Below, in pieces: positions 12,025 to 24,737 of a stretch of DNA of 51,567 bases. Made by a program: the position numbers and the translations under genes. Origin of the DNA: Octopus bimaculoides. Lineage: Eukaryota. The notes under the pieces were generated by a model that was not told the origin of the DNA, ran no database searches, and saw nothing but the letters and a program-made list of their open reading frames with translations. The DNA is taken from contig NC_068981.1 of NCBI RefSeq assembly GCF_001194135.2, forward strand, positions 78,578,919 through 78,630,485, in the 5' to 3' direction. Positions within the stretch are counted from its first letter, which is position 1; the number at the start of each line of letters is the position of its first letter.

Positions 12025-12430
12025 CACTGGCATGGCTGTGTGACAAGAGGCTTGCTTCCCAACCACATGGTTCTGGGTTCAAACTTACTGCGTGGCACCT
12101 TGGGCAAATGTCTTCTACTATAGCTTCAAGCCAACCAAAGCCTTGTGAATGGTAGATAGAAACTGAGAGTAGTCCATTGTATACAACATAAATACATATA
12201 TATCTATGTGTGTGATGTCTTTGTGTCTGTGTTTGATCATTACCACTGTTTGACAACCAGTGTTGGTGTGTTGACATCCCTGTAACTTAGTGGTTCAGCA
12301 AAAAGAGGTCAATAGAATAAGTATCAGATTTTCAGCAAACAAGTATGGGGGTAATTCATTTGAATAAAATTCTCGAAGGTGGTTCCCCAGCATGGCCGCA
12401 GTCTAGTGTCTAAAACAAGTAAACGTTAAA
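12025..12430 (+). mobile_element. tRNA-derived SINE family 3 with a CORE-like central segment (other copies near 10110, 25720 minus, 27950, 32620)
   Basis: Head ggcatggctgtgtg..gcttgcttcccaaccacatggttctgggttca, then gcgtggcaccttgggcaaatgtcttctactatagc, which resembles the CORE domain known in octopus OR-type SINEs. Family name not verified. Confidence 0.7.
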
Positions 12431-13464
12431 AGTATTTTGGCTAAACAGATGCAATGGGATCAAGATGGTTGATTCTTTCTTTAACTTTTTAGCATTTAAA
12501 CTGGCCATATCTGGCCCAAATAGTTTTCCTGTTTTATGCTCAAACTAGCCAGATCTTGCTTCTTAGACTACTGTTTATAAACAGCATTTATACTCCAGTA
12601 ATTGTACTGTCATATCAGTTTGTTACAACAGAATATGTTAACAGGGAATAATTATCAAAAATGAGATGTAATTTTTGTAATTGCAAACGTGATTCCTAAA
12701 GCCATGGCTTTATTTCATTTGATAAAACATTCAAATGAGAATTCCACTACATAAATTGTGAAGTGGTAACTAGAAAAATTCAACTATTTAAACATATTTG
12801 CCTATAAAACAAGAGCTTACCAAGGAATTAAGTATCATTCTATGAAGAAATTAAATTCTCATTCTTTTTATATCAAGACCAAAAGTATTGGACATTACTT
12901 ATGAGTGCTATGCTAGAATGGGAAAAATAAAAACAAAGAAGGATTAAATACTGACAAAAACATAAGTCAAAAATTAGGAATTGTCTGATATTTGTGTCAC
13001 TTGAACTGCATGAGTTACTAGAATCCTTGATAATGTTTAAAATACTTAGACATGTGAGAACTACATGTAGATTTCATGTGTCTGGGGTTGATGTAATCGA
13101 CTTTCCCCTCCCCCAAACTTGCTGGCTTTGTGCCAAAATTTGGAACCAATATTACCCTTGTTAGTTATTATGTGATCAACGATAACTTAATGCACTAAAG
13201 AGGATATAGCTTTTTACAAGGATAAATAAGCCAATATTAACTAGTCTTTCAAGAGGAAATATACATGTTATGATCACAATTGTGTTTTGTTCTTATCATT
13301 CTCCCAACCCCATCCAGTTTCTCTTTTTCTTTTTTTCTTTATATGTTAAATATTACTGCCAAATAAAATGATTGGATGGAAGGTTTCAAGGTTCATATCT
13401 CAATACTATGTATTTCCTTTCTGCTTAACTTTGAGTAAGCACTTTATGCCACAGCATTCAACTA

Positions 13465-14733
13465 TCAGGTTGTGTAAAAAGTAAGCAACGTTTTGAACCA
13501 TGAAGAGTTTGTGCCAGATTTTTGCAGAGTTTGGAATTTTTTTTAAGCACCTATTTTTCTATTGTCTGATAATACAAACATAGACTCACCCAAGTATATC
13601 ATTAAATTAACATTGATGTTTTTTGCATTGTTGTTACAATAATCTGAAATGAAAATATCAAAGCGCAACATTCAAGCAATTTTGCTATTCAACTTCAAAA
13701 AAGGGCATAACACAACTGAAACTGCTCATGATATCGAGATGTTTGGTGATGAAATGACCACTGAGTGGTCAGCTCAAAAATGGTTTAAACGATTTCGCAA
13801 TGGAGACCTGAGCCCTGAAGATTGTGAGCATAGTGGACGCCCATCTGTCATCGATGATGGTCAATCAAAGACCATCATTGAGAAAGATCCATGTAAAACC
13901 ACTCAAGAACTGACAAAAGAACTTCAACTTAGCCAGAAAACTGCCTGCAATCATTTGCATGCGATCAGAAAATCAAAAAAGCTTGACAATTGGATACCAC
14001 ACTATTTGAATGAAAATCAGAAAATGCGCAGATATGAAATTTGCTTGTCACTTCTTCTCCGTAACCAGACTGATCCATTTCTCAACTGTATTGTAGCTTG
14101 CAATGAAAAGTGGATTCTGTACAATGATAAAAAAATGTTCTTCGCAGTGGTTGGACAAAAATGACGCACCAAAAACCTTTCCTAAACCTGAACTCTTCAA
14201 AAAGAAGGTTATGGTGACTGTTTGGTGGTGTACTGCTGGACTCATCCGCTATAACTTCTTAAAACCCGGAAAAACTATTACTGCAGAAACATATTGCCAT
14301 GAAATTGTCAAAATGAATGAAAAACTGCTACTCCTCCACCCCAGACTGGCCAACAGAAGAGGGCCAATCATTCTTCATGAGAATGCTCGACCACACATTT
14401 CACTATTGATGCTTCAGAAGTTGAGGGAACTTGGCTACGAAGTTCTTCCCCAGACCTTTCTTCTACCGACTACCACTTTTTCAAGCACCTTGATGGTTTC
14501 CCTTGAGAGAAGGAGTTAAAAAATCAAACCAATGCTGAAAGTGCATTCAAAGAGTTTATCAGCTCCAGAACTCCAGCTTTCTATGTTACTGAAATAAACA
14601 AACTTGTAACTCGTTGGCAAAAATGTGTTGATTGTAATGGCACTTATTTCGATGAATAAAATTTCTGCATTGTTGAAATATATTCTGATGAATTTCATGT
14701 TTCAAAACGTTACTTACTTTTTACTAAGCCTGA
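13465..14733 (+). mobile_element. Full-length (1269 bp) non-functional mariner transposon with Hsmar1/cecropia-like TIRs
   Basis: TA at 13463-13464 and 14734-14735. Left TIR tcaggttgtgtaaaaagtaagcaacgttttgaa pairs with right TIR ttcaaaacgttacttactttttactaagcctga. Encloses the transposase pseudogene. Confidence 0.95.
13649..14659 (+). pseudogene. Mariner (DD34D) transposase pseudogene
   Basis: HTH N-terminus, WIPHYL (WVPHEL motif), CNEKW (first D>N), HENARPH (second D>E), PDLSSTDYHFF, and C-terminus RWQKCVDCNGTYFDE*. Frameshifts near 14130 and 14450 and an in-frame stop. Confidence 0.92.
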
Positions 14734-16189
14734 TACATCATCATCGTTTGCTACTTCTGCTGCAGTTGCTAACTCTTGAAGTGTGGGTGACCCTTCCAAG
14801 CCATCTGGAGATTTTTTTCATTTATTATTATATCATTAAGGCTCTCTCTATCCTTTTTAACATCTCCTATGGCCTTCTAGCCGTGCAATATAACCAATTC
14901 ATTGAAAGAGGGAAGGATAGGAAAAGAAGATGATGAAAAATGAATCAACCTCAGTTTTTGATTGGTACCTTATTCATCAGCAGAGAAGAGATCAAAAGAG
15001 AAATTAACCTTGATAGTACCTGAACAGCTGGAATAAGTACCACAAAGCATTCTGTCCAACACTTCAATGATTCTGCCATTTTACTTCCTTCTCAGCCAAA
15101 AATATATAAGCACTGTATAACTTCTAAATGTTTTTTTATTAACTAGTTGAGCTCTTAATTACCTTAGGAGCAGGAATCAATTCCAGAACATCATCTAATC
15201 CACAATAGGAAAACAAGCAAAATTCTATAAATAACATAGCTTCACTAAAGAAGGGATTAAGCTTTTCATGGAGCTCAGGGTACAGGTTGAGTTTGGTTCC
15301 CTTCAAGATTAGAATGCTTATACACAAATTCGATATCATTGAAATGGTGGTATTATTGTTGTTTTTGGTGGTGGTGGTGGTGGTGGTGGCGGTGGTGGTG
15401 GCAGCGGCAATATTGTTTAATCCTCCTCCTTGAGTTGTATGGTTTAACATCACCACTTGTTTTTTGGTGCTTTTAAAAACATTCATTCTGTTGAAAGCAT
15501 TTGGGCAGGTCTCTAGTTCAAGGACAACTTCCTTTCTTCTTTCTCACTGGTACTGGAAACCCTGGGTTATGAGTGTTATCCTTCATCCTTTCACTAAGCT
15601 GTTCAATAAAAAATTTTTTTTAAATCAGTAATTCATAAATCAACACTGACCTAACAGACCTGATAAAAGACATTCCTATCATGACAGTCAACACTTTTTT
15701 TTTTTGTATATCTAGGACTATAAATACAATCAAAGACATTCCATCTTTAACCATCCATCTTTTTTCCTCAAACATCAGATATCTCGGACTAAATCATTTA
15801 ATGTGTCTTTCCTTTTTATATTTAAGATGATAGGATGTGATTTGAAGGAAATGTACCTATTATTTATTAGCTGATCAAGTGGTCCCATTGAAATTTGTTC
15901 ATTATTCTCATATTTTTTATGCATATAGTCAGCTCTGATCAAACAAACCTATGATCAACCATTCCAAACACGACTGTGCCATCTTTTTTTCAAGCACTTT
16001 GTCTAAGGCTCCATTTATCCAGTGTGTCCTTCATTTCTTTTTCTTAAGATGACAAGATGTGGTGTGAGAGGAGTTTGGTTGATATTTCTAGTGGGTCAAA
16101 TAACCGGTGTCAAAACTCCCACATTTGTTCAACTTCTAGCTTTTACAAATGTGAGTGAGTAGTAGACTTTATCTGATGCCTGGTTTAAC

Positions 16190-16840
16190 TCGAAAACCTA
16201 TGGTGGGGAGAGCAGCTCTGTTGTGGATCCACACATGCCAGCCATCTCTGTCCCACATTAATGAAGGGAGGTATTTAGGGAGACATCTAGTGTCCCTGAT
16301 GAAATGATCTATGTACATTGTGTTCAGACAACCTGCTCAAGTACTGCCATACTTTGGCATCCATAGCAGTAGGTCACTTGTCATCTCTTGCTTGGCTCAC
16401 CAACAGTTACCTGCAAAGCACAAGTGCCTTTCTCTTATAATGGTGGAAGCAGGCAGGAGATCACCATGCAGCTATTTCATGGTTGGATAAATTCTCCAAA
16501 TTATATTTAAGATTGTCCTTAACATTGAAATGTATGTTCCATCTACCTCAGTTTCCAGTTTTTTGCTAAGCATCCAGGTTGTTACTCCATATGAAAGAAC
16601 TGGCTCTTTTGTTGCACAGAAAAAATTCCTCTTAAGGTTGTCTGAGAGGGTTGATATCCAAACAACATCCAGTTTGCTCAGGGCCAACTAAGTTTTTACA
16701 TTATTTTCAGTTGAGGTTATCTCAAAACCAAGGTACTTGAAATCAACTTGATTGTGGATCCACTCAAGCCATATCTCCCAGTCTGAATATAACTGCCTTC
16801 CTTCCTCTCTCTAGCTTTAGAGGCTTACAAAATGGTCATA
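16190..16840 (-). mobile_element. RTE/RTE-X-like LINE C-terminal fragment
   Basis: DFKYLG..SKL..VWISTLSDNLKRNFFCATKEPVLSYGVTTWMLSKKLETEVDGTYISMLRTILNIIW..PT..LHGDL...IIRERHLCFAGNCW. Confidence 0.8.
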
Positions 16841-17169
16841 GATGTTGGCCTTCCTCCTCTGGCTAAGCCATTAAAAGATAAATTAAAATAAGATAAAATA
16901 AACAACAACAATAGTGAGTTGGTTTCTGTCATCAAGGCCGTAGATTTGATTAATCAAACCTATCAGTTTCTGGCTTATTCATGAATCTTGTAGACATGAG
17001 TTAAGTGGTGATTGTACCAATAGCTGAATACTGCCAGTCAATCAATCACTTTCCACTTAGAGAATTCAATGAAGAATAGCAAACTATGCTAGTAGTTATA
17101 ATTAACAAGAATATCAATGCTGGTAAACAATAATATCAATACTAGCTGTAAGTTAATCATAGCAATAAT

Positions 17170-17625
17170 AATAATGACAATCCTTTCTACTATAGCCACT
17201 AGGCCTGAAATTTGTGGGAGGAGGATAGTTGATTACATCGACCCCAGTGCGTAACTGGTACTTATTTTATCAACCTGAAAAGGATGAAAGGCAAAGTCAA
17301 CCTTAGTGGAATTTGAACTCAAGAATGTGAAGATGGATGAAATATTGCTAAACATTTCACCCAGCATGCTAACAGTTTTACCAGCTCACCACCTTAATAA
17401 TAATAATAATAATGATAATAATAATAATAATTTCTATTATAGACATGAAGCCTGAAATTTTGGACAAGGGGACTAGTCCATAACATCAACCCCAGTATTC
17501 AACTGGTACTTTTATTTTATTGATCCCAAAAGGATAAAAGGCGAAATTTGAATTGAGAACAAGATGGACAAGATGCTACTAAGTATTTTGTCTGGCATGC
17601 TAACAATTCTGCCATCTCAATGCCT
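17170..17625 (-). mobile_element. Two tandem copies of SINE family 2 separated by (AAT)n
   Basis: The motif actggtacttattttatcaacc..gaaaggatgaaaggcaaagtcaacc..ggaatttgaactc occurs twice, with (AAT)n at about 17397-17430 between the copies. Confidence 0.8.
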
Positions 17626-17779
17626 TAATAGTAATGATAATAATAATGATTTCTTTTTATTTGCCTGAAGGGCATCAGATGAAGGGTGACATAACATGAA
17701 CAGTTTAACAAATTGTGAGAGAGTTTACATGAAACATGAGAGGGGAAAGAAGGGATAGGAGGAGGAAATGAGATTAAAA

Positions 17780-17815
<36 letters not shown>

Positions 17816-18993
17816 TNNNNNNNNNNNNNNNNNNNNNNNNNNNNNNNNNNNNNNNNNNNNNNNNNNNNNNNNNNNNNNNNNNNNNNNNNNNNNNNNNNNN
17901 NNNNNNNNNNNNNNNNNNNNNNNNNNNNNNNNNNNNNNNNNNNNNNNNNNNNNNNNNNNNNNNNNNNNNNNNNNNNNNNNNNNNNNNNNNNNNNNNNNNN
18001 NNNNNNNNNNNNNNNNNNNNNNNNNNNNNNNNNNNNNNNNNNNNNNNNNNNNNNNNNNNNNNNNNNNNNNNNNNNNNNNNNNNNNNNNNNNNNNNNNNNN
18101 NNNNNNNNNNNNNNNNNNNNNNNNNNNNNNNNNNNNNNNNNNNNNNNNNNNNNNNNNNNNNNNNNNNNNNNNNNNNNNNNNNNNNNNNNNNNNNNNNNNN
18201 NNNNNNNNNNNNNNNNNNNNNNNNNNNNNNNNNNNNNNNNNNNNNNNNNNNNNNNNNNNNNNNNNNNNNNNNNNNNNNNNNNNNNNNNNNNNNNNNNNNN
18301 NNNNNNNNNNNNNNNNNNNNNNNNNNNNNNNNNNNNNNNNNNNNNNNNNNNNNNNNNNNNNNNNNNNNNNNNATATATATATATATATATATATAGTATT
18401 CATGATATGTGGACACATTGATGATGCAGTCCTCTTCATGTAGAACTTCTAAATAGGACCAATCAAAGAAGCTCACAGATTCTGGGTCACCCTGACCACT
18501 AAAGACACAATCACTCATCCAACAGTTGGTCTCCATTCTACAAGCACTTGTCCATTCACCCTGTTTTTACCACAAATAATGATAGTAATGATAATAATAA
18601 TAATAATAATAATAGTAATAATAATACCAACAGCAACATTTATTTAAATTACCTATTCTGTTTTTTACTACCCATATTTAGGAATAAAGGTCTTTTTATT
18701 TTTTGATGTTGAATGTTTCTGATTTCTCTTTTAGTTTCCGCATGATTAACTTTTTAAAAATTTAATTTTTATTCCTTTTCTAATTTGTTTGTTTTTCTTG
18801 GTTTTGTATTTTCTTTGTGCAACTCAAGCTTTGTTTTTAATATTCTAGTTACTGAAAAATGACCAAAAAAAACAAACAAACAAAAAAAACGAAAAAAAAA
18901 CGGAAAGCTGCTCTGCTGACTGCACATGTTTTATACGTAAATTTAGCATGTTTGTTTTGTCTTGATATCGTTATATTTAACTGTTCTCTTCAG

Positions 18994-19059
18994 ATCCTCT
19001 AAGCATGCAAGCAGCTCGCAAGAAAAGAGAAAGTGTTAAAAACTCTACAACTATCAGAG
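18994..19059 (+). CDS. sdk: Probable 66-nt symmetric (phase 1-1) sidekick exon: (D)PLSMQAARKKRESVKNSTTIR(G)
   Basis: Preceded by ctgttctcttcAG and followed by GTcagt. Length is 22 codons with no stop in the frame that joins the phase-1 exon at 22266 (G|GA = Gly). Assignment to sdk is inferred from position, strand and phase, not from homology. Confidence 0.65.
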
Positions 19060-19465
19060 GTCAGTTCTGATATATTGAACTTATTCATTAATAACATCAT
19101 AATCATTTACTCATACACAATTTTTTTTTTCCCCTCCAACTCAAATCCTTTCCAATTAATCCTTAATTTCTAGGTCAGCTAATTTTACTCAGTATTCTGC
19201 CACATCAAACTAGTTAGATGTTGTTATAAGTAGGAAAGAATAACAACTAGCAGCATTAGACATGTTTCACAATTTACTTTTCTAAAATCACACTCTGAAT
19301 AATAATGTATGTTACAACAGGCAAGTTTAAAAGGTAGCCTCATTGTTGGCTATCTGATATTAACTTCTTAACTCTTGTTCATGAATTAATTGTAACTTAG
19401 CAGACAGCTTATTCATCTCTCATGAATTCTAGATGATATGATCCTTTGAAAGATTTTAATTAATA

Positions 19466-19606
19466 GATAATCAGATATCAAATAAAAGATAATCAGATAT
19501 CAAATAAAAGATAATCAGATATCAAATAAAAGATAATCAGATATCAAATAAATGATAATCAGATATCAAATAAAAGATAATCAGATATCAAATAAATGAT
19601 AATCAG
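19466..19606 (+). repeat. 22-bp minisatellite (GATAATCAGATATCAAATAAAW) x6 plus a partial unit
   Basis: Units start at 19466, 19488, 19510, 19532, 19554 and 19576, with a partial unit at 19598. Confidence 0.97.
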
Positions 19607-22265
19607 GTAACAAGCTGTGCAATAATCAGTTGATAGATTTTGAATAACCAGCTATGAAGTAGCAAGTCCTATGTCTTGTCACCAGCGTTGCCGGGTAGCC
19701 ATGATAGACAAATTGATCTTTCATTTAAATCTAAACTGAATATTGATAGATACTATACCGTAAGAGGAACTCACAACTGCAAATCAGCAGGAGCTCTCTA
19801 AAACTGGTTTGTATTTTGTTGTTTTGCAGTGTTCAACTTCCTCAGTAGGTGCAGCTCAGAGAGAGATGGTGACCAATTAGCTGGCATGCCTTTTAGTATT
19901 GTGGAAAACTACAAAACTTTTACAGTTTTGGAGGCATAATCCAATGTTTTTTCTAAAGATAGCACAGTGGTTATAGTGTGGAAAATGAAAAAGGATATTC
20001 TTCATTTGAGTTGCTTAAACATTAACCATTTAGCCTTAGCAGTTCTGATGCTATCTTGTCAAATATTTTACAATATTTTACACAATTTAAAATTTCTTTT
20101 AGATTTTACTATGTTTAATACCAGCTATATCTAAATACATTTTATTATTTAGCTTCAAGTCAACTCTGATCCAACAGACCTTAAACAAGGATATTCCAGT
20201 TGTGAATGTCCTGCATTTTAGTATACCTCACTATTATTTGTGTTTTCTTTTTCCTTTTTTAACACAGTAGTTAGTAAGTTGAAGGAAATTTAGCCACTAT
20301 TTCTACATGGTCAAGTGACCACCCAGAGCCTCTTTCAGTTGCTTTGAATTTGTATTAAATACATGTTTATTTTTTGGTGTGCACTTTGTAGTTCAGAATT
20401 CAACTTTGTCTGATTGAGATGGTTTGTTTGATGAATTTGACAGACTTTTCTTAACCACGAGCCAACATGCAAACAGCATCTGGTAATAAATAGTGAACAG
20501 TGGCTCTAGCAATGGCACATTGGTTGGTTTGGTTTATGCGATTACAAATGGTACTACAAAGTGTACAGTTAACCATTGAACATAATAATAGAACACTAAA
20601 ATTGCCGAGTGTTTTATTAGTTAAACAGTATCTGGTTCAAATTCCTTCTTAGACTATGAGGTAGAAGGTTAGAGAAATATTAATGTTTTAGTATTATAAG
20701 GGAGCTCTGTTGAGTAGAGGTGGGCTCCTGACTTAGAATGTAGTTTCAGTCCCATCACTGATGCCCCAAGGCAGTTTCCATATGAGCTTCAAGCCTATTT
20801 GAGAAACACGTTACAAAACCACTGCAGATTAAACCCCCAAAGCAATTATAAAATCTTATTATGTCCCAGTTTGAACATTTTAGTAAAAGTGAAATATATT
20901 TCCTATATAGTAATTAGAATATTTCATATGATACATGCATTGTATTTGAGATTTATAACATGCATGTAGTAATATAAAGTTGAACAGCAGTTGATAAAAC
21001 AAATGCTATATTTAACTGAAGTGGTTGAAATAGCTATTGCTACAAATGGAATCAGGTCACACTCTCAAATAGCTCGTTTCTATTTTATACCATCAACTCC
21101 TTCCAATTAAATGCCATAAGTGTGTAGGAGAATGGAATGACATAGTAATGTTCATGTTTTGTTTTGTTTTGCTTTGTTTCCTTTCTAAAGACAATAGTTA
21201 TGGAAGAGAAGTGACTTTGCTTTCAATATAGAATTAAAATCTGCTCGCAAATTTAGCTGTTCTAGAAACTTCTCCAAATTTTCATTCAAGGCTAAGTGTA
21301 AGCAAGCGTTGACATTTATTAAACAATTAGTGATTTAATTATAACCTTGAAAATAAGTTGAAATAGGGCAAGCACTAGAAGTGTCATTGTAATATTATCC
21401 TCCTTAAACGTTACCCTCAACTCCCACTACCACAAATATCTAAAGAAAATATATACTTTGTTTATTTATTTGCTCATAATATTTAAAAGTATATTAGGGT
21501 ATAAATTTTGTATCAATTGATTCTGACTTTGTGAGTAATAATTAGATTGATAAGACATTATTTTGGAAGAATACACAAACAAAATATTTTGGTTCTGGCT
21601 CAGAATCTAATGTTGAAATTTAGTTGTCAGTTAGTCTCTCCATTAATTTATAATTAAGAAATAAATGAAATTAATATTAAGGTGGAGCATCTTGTAACAT
21701 GAATTGTTCAAAACAAAACATTTAAGGGTCTGTACTTAAGGGATATGTCTTTCAAAATTAGCATATTAGGTTTTAAAACAAAATACTTTATTTAGGATTA
21801 AAATGTACTTCTTTCAGAATATGGATGCATATACTTAGCTACACAAACATGTACACATTTGCATGCATAAGATGAAGTGCCAATGAACAATAAGATACAA
21901 TATTCTTCATAATTAAAATAAAATTTTCATTTGTTTTGTTTTTTTTCTATTGGATATACATGCTGTATACTTTCATTAGTAATGTTTAAATCCATAGGAT
22001 TTCAAATGTTATTTTTCTATTCACTAAACCTCTGATAGGTGTTTGAAAATTTTGCACAAAGTAACTAGAAAATGCTTATTTATTTGTATTGTAGTTTTTG
22101 TGATTTTTTAAAATTATTTTTCTTATTTCACATTTTTCACATTTTTTCCATCTCTTTAGTTTCTAAAATTTATATTTTTATAATTCAGCTTGTATATTTG
22201 TAAATAACTAAAGCATGTTATCTAGATTATATTTTTGTATTTCATTTTTATCTTTACATTTTCAG

Positions 22266-22439
22266 GAAAATGGACTGATATTTTGTTGAAAGAATCACCA
22301 CAGACTGGTGCATTGCTTAATATTCACAGCTTAGATACTGGCAAAGTGTACCAATTCCGTGTACTTGCCTACAATTGGCTTGGAATTGGACCTCCAAGTG
22401 AACCATCTAAACCTATGTTGATACAAGATCCAGAAAAAG
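22266..22439 (+). CDS. sdk: Sidekick exon, C-terminal half of the last FN3 domain: (G)KWTDILLKESPQTGALLNIHSLDTGKVYQFRVLAYNWLGIGPPSEPSKPMLIQDPEK
   Basis: Acceptor tttacattttcAG, donor GTattt, 174 nt, phase 1-1. Contains the FN3 signature L-x-x-G-x-x-Y-x-F-R-V-x-A-x-N-x-x-G-x-G-x-P-S. Confidence 0.95.
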
Positions 22440-22691
22440 GTATTTAGTTTTTTAAAGCTATTTCTCATATGTTTTCCCATGCAAACGTAAGTAGACAGTA
22501 TTTTGAAAATTAAGACATTTGCATATTATTAGGAAAATTGTTTTTAGGATGCCTTTCCTGTTGGTAATCACTTATCAGGTTGTTTGTGAAGTCTATTGAG
22601 ACAAGCAATAAGATTTGAACGGCTAACAAGTTATTGGTAGTACACCATCTTTACTTATAAGTGATTGTATTTCTGTTAATGTATTTCAGTC

Positions 22692-22945
22692 CCAGCGGAG
22701 GTGCATGGCCAAGTGGTTAGGGAGTTGGGCTTATGATTGTAAGATTGTGGTTTCAATTCCTGGAACAGACGATGTGTTGTGTTCTTGAGCAAAACACTTC
22801 ATTTCACATTGCTCCAGTACACTCAGCTAGCAAAAATGAGTAATCCTGCAACAGATCGACATCCTGTCTAGGTGGGGAATATATACGCCACTGAATCCGG
22901 GAAACTGGCCCTTATGAGCCTGGCATGGCTCAAGAAGGAAACATT
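22692..22945 (+). mobile_element. tRNA-derived SINE family 4 (other copies at 29300-29635, 39255-39385 minus, 39637-39895, 48490-48690 minus)
   Basis: A-box tggccaagtggttag, B-box-like gtttcaattcc, and the shared central block ttgtgttcttgagcaaaacacttcatttcacattgctccag. Confidence 0.8.
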
Positions 22946-24229
22946 TATTATCCTTTATTTCAGTCCCAAAGTTGTTAATTATTTTCTGTCCATATAAATT
23001 TAATCAAGCAATTAAAAACTGAAGAATTAAGAGTTTCACTTTTGTTCTTACAGCAATATGCAACTCTTTGCTGCGCCAAGTAGGAGCAGTTAATATATAA
23101 GATATAGCAATCAACTTTCATTGATTAATTCTGACCTGCCATTAAAATGAAGTCTTCATCATCATCCTCATTCTAAATCTGCTTTCCATGCCAGCATGTG
23201 TTAGAGTAGTCATCACTGTTTAAGTCAGTTCTCTTTCAGAGTTACTGCCCTTCTAAATAGATTGGGTGACCGTGTCTTGCTCATACATTCTATTTTTTTG
23301 TCTTGATTTTTACCACTGGATGGTCTTTCTTGCACCAATCTCCCTACAGACCATGGTTAGTGAGATTTCATGTCATTACTAGCACTATATAAGACGGTGA
23401 GCTGGTAAAATCATTAGCATGCCAAACAAAATGCTTAGTGGCAGACAATTCATCTGTCTTTACATTATAAGTTCAAATTCCTCCAAGGTCAACTTTGCCT
23501 TTCATCCTTTCAAAGTCGATAAAATAAGTACCAGTTAAGCACTGAGGTCAATGCAATTGACTTACACCCTCCTCCAGAATTGCTGACCTTGTGCCAAAAT
23601 TTGAAATCATTATAAGCACTATATGGTCCACGACACTCTGTGTTGTCTCTACTCATTTACCAAATACCTTACTGAATTACTGTGGCACCAGTGCTAGTGA
23701 AATTGTGTTATTTCTCTCAAGACTAAAATTCTTCTACTACTCTTTCTATGCACATTTTATATTTTTTATGTACTGCTTCAACACACACAGATTTACAGCA
23801 TTTCCTAAATTATTATTATTATTATTATTGTCTTCTATTAGTACATTTTCTAAGATTATGGAGATATTGTGGTAAGCAAATAGGCCTGTTGTAAGGTATA
23901 AAAACATTTGTTTGAATGTTTCTAAATTTCAACAGCACTTTAATATTCTTATCTACTGTACCATTAGTAGGGATGTTATCACAGCAAATACATGTTGAAA
24001 GAAAGGAGTTTTTATTTGCATTAAAACTCATAGAGTTCAGACCTATCTTTAATAAGCATTAATACAAACATTTAATGCCTGAAGACCATGTTAAGATATT
24101 ACAATAAAACACGAGGCAACATTAAAATCTTGACAAATTAAAATTAATAATCTGGTCAATCTCGACTATATTTTGTTTCAGTGGTCATCGTCCTCACATC
24201 ATCAATATCACCACCACCACAACAACAAC

Positions 24230-24578
24230 CATAAACATTTCCATTGCCTGACTGGCACCTATGCTGGTAGCACATAAAAAGCACCATTGGAGCATTGTCA
24301 ATCCCAGTGCCGCCTGATTGGCATCTGTGCTGGTAGCACGTAAACAGCACCATTCAAGTGTGACCGATGCCAGTATCACCTGACTAGCTTCCATGCCAGT
24401 GGCATGTAAAAGCACCCACTACACTCTCAGAGTGGTTGGCATTAGGAAGGGCATCCAGCTGTAGAAACCTTGCCAAATCAGATTGGAGCGTGGTGTGGCC
24501 TCCTGGTTTGCCAGTTCTCAGTCAAACCCATGCCAGCATGGAAAGCGGATGTTAAACAACGATGATGATGATGATGAT
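24230..24578 (+). mobile_element. SINE family 1 with three internal repeats of about 66 bp
   Basis: Three ctgaytggca..gctggtagcacrtaaa..gcacc units lead into the aggaagggcatccagctgtag tail and (GAT)n. Confidence 0.8.
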
Positions 24579-24689
24579 TGCCATTTTAATGTCTATTTTC
24601 CCACACTAACATGGGTAAGTTCAAAACTTGATCATGTATGTGTGTGTATCAGTATATTGTTTGGATGTATTTATATGCATGTGTGTGTG

Positions 24690-24737
<48 letters not shown>

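Noticed and set aside
12870-12900. caaaagtattggaca, resembling a Tc1 TIR start
   Set aside because: No partner TIR or transposase sequence was found nearby.
15139-15486. 115-aa minus-strand ORF with a poly-T/N tract
   Set aside because: Partly a (GGT)n/(TTG)n repeat. No recognisable domain or convincing splice context.
17665-17710. cagatgaaggg...catgaacag, a possible fourth hammerhead
   Set aside because: Both core boxes are altered and no stems could be built.
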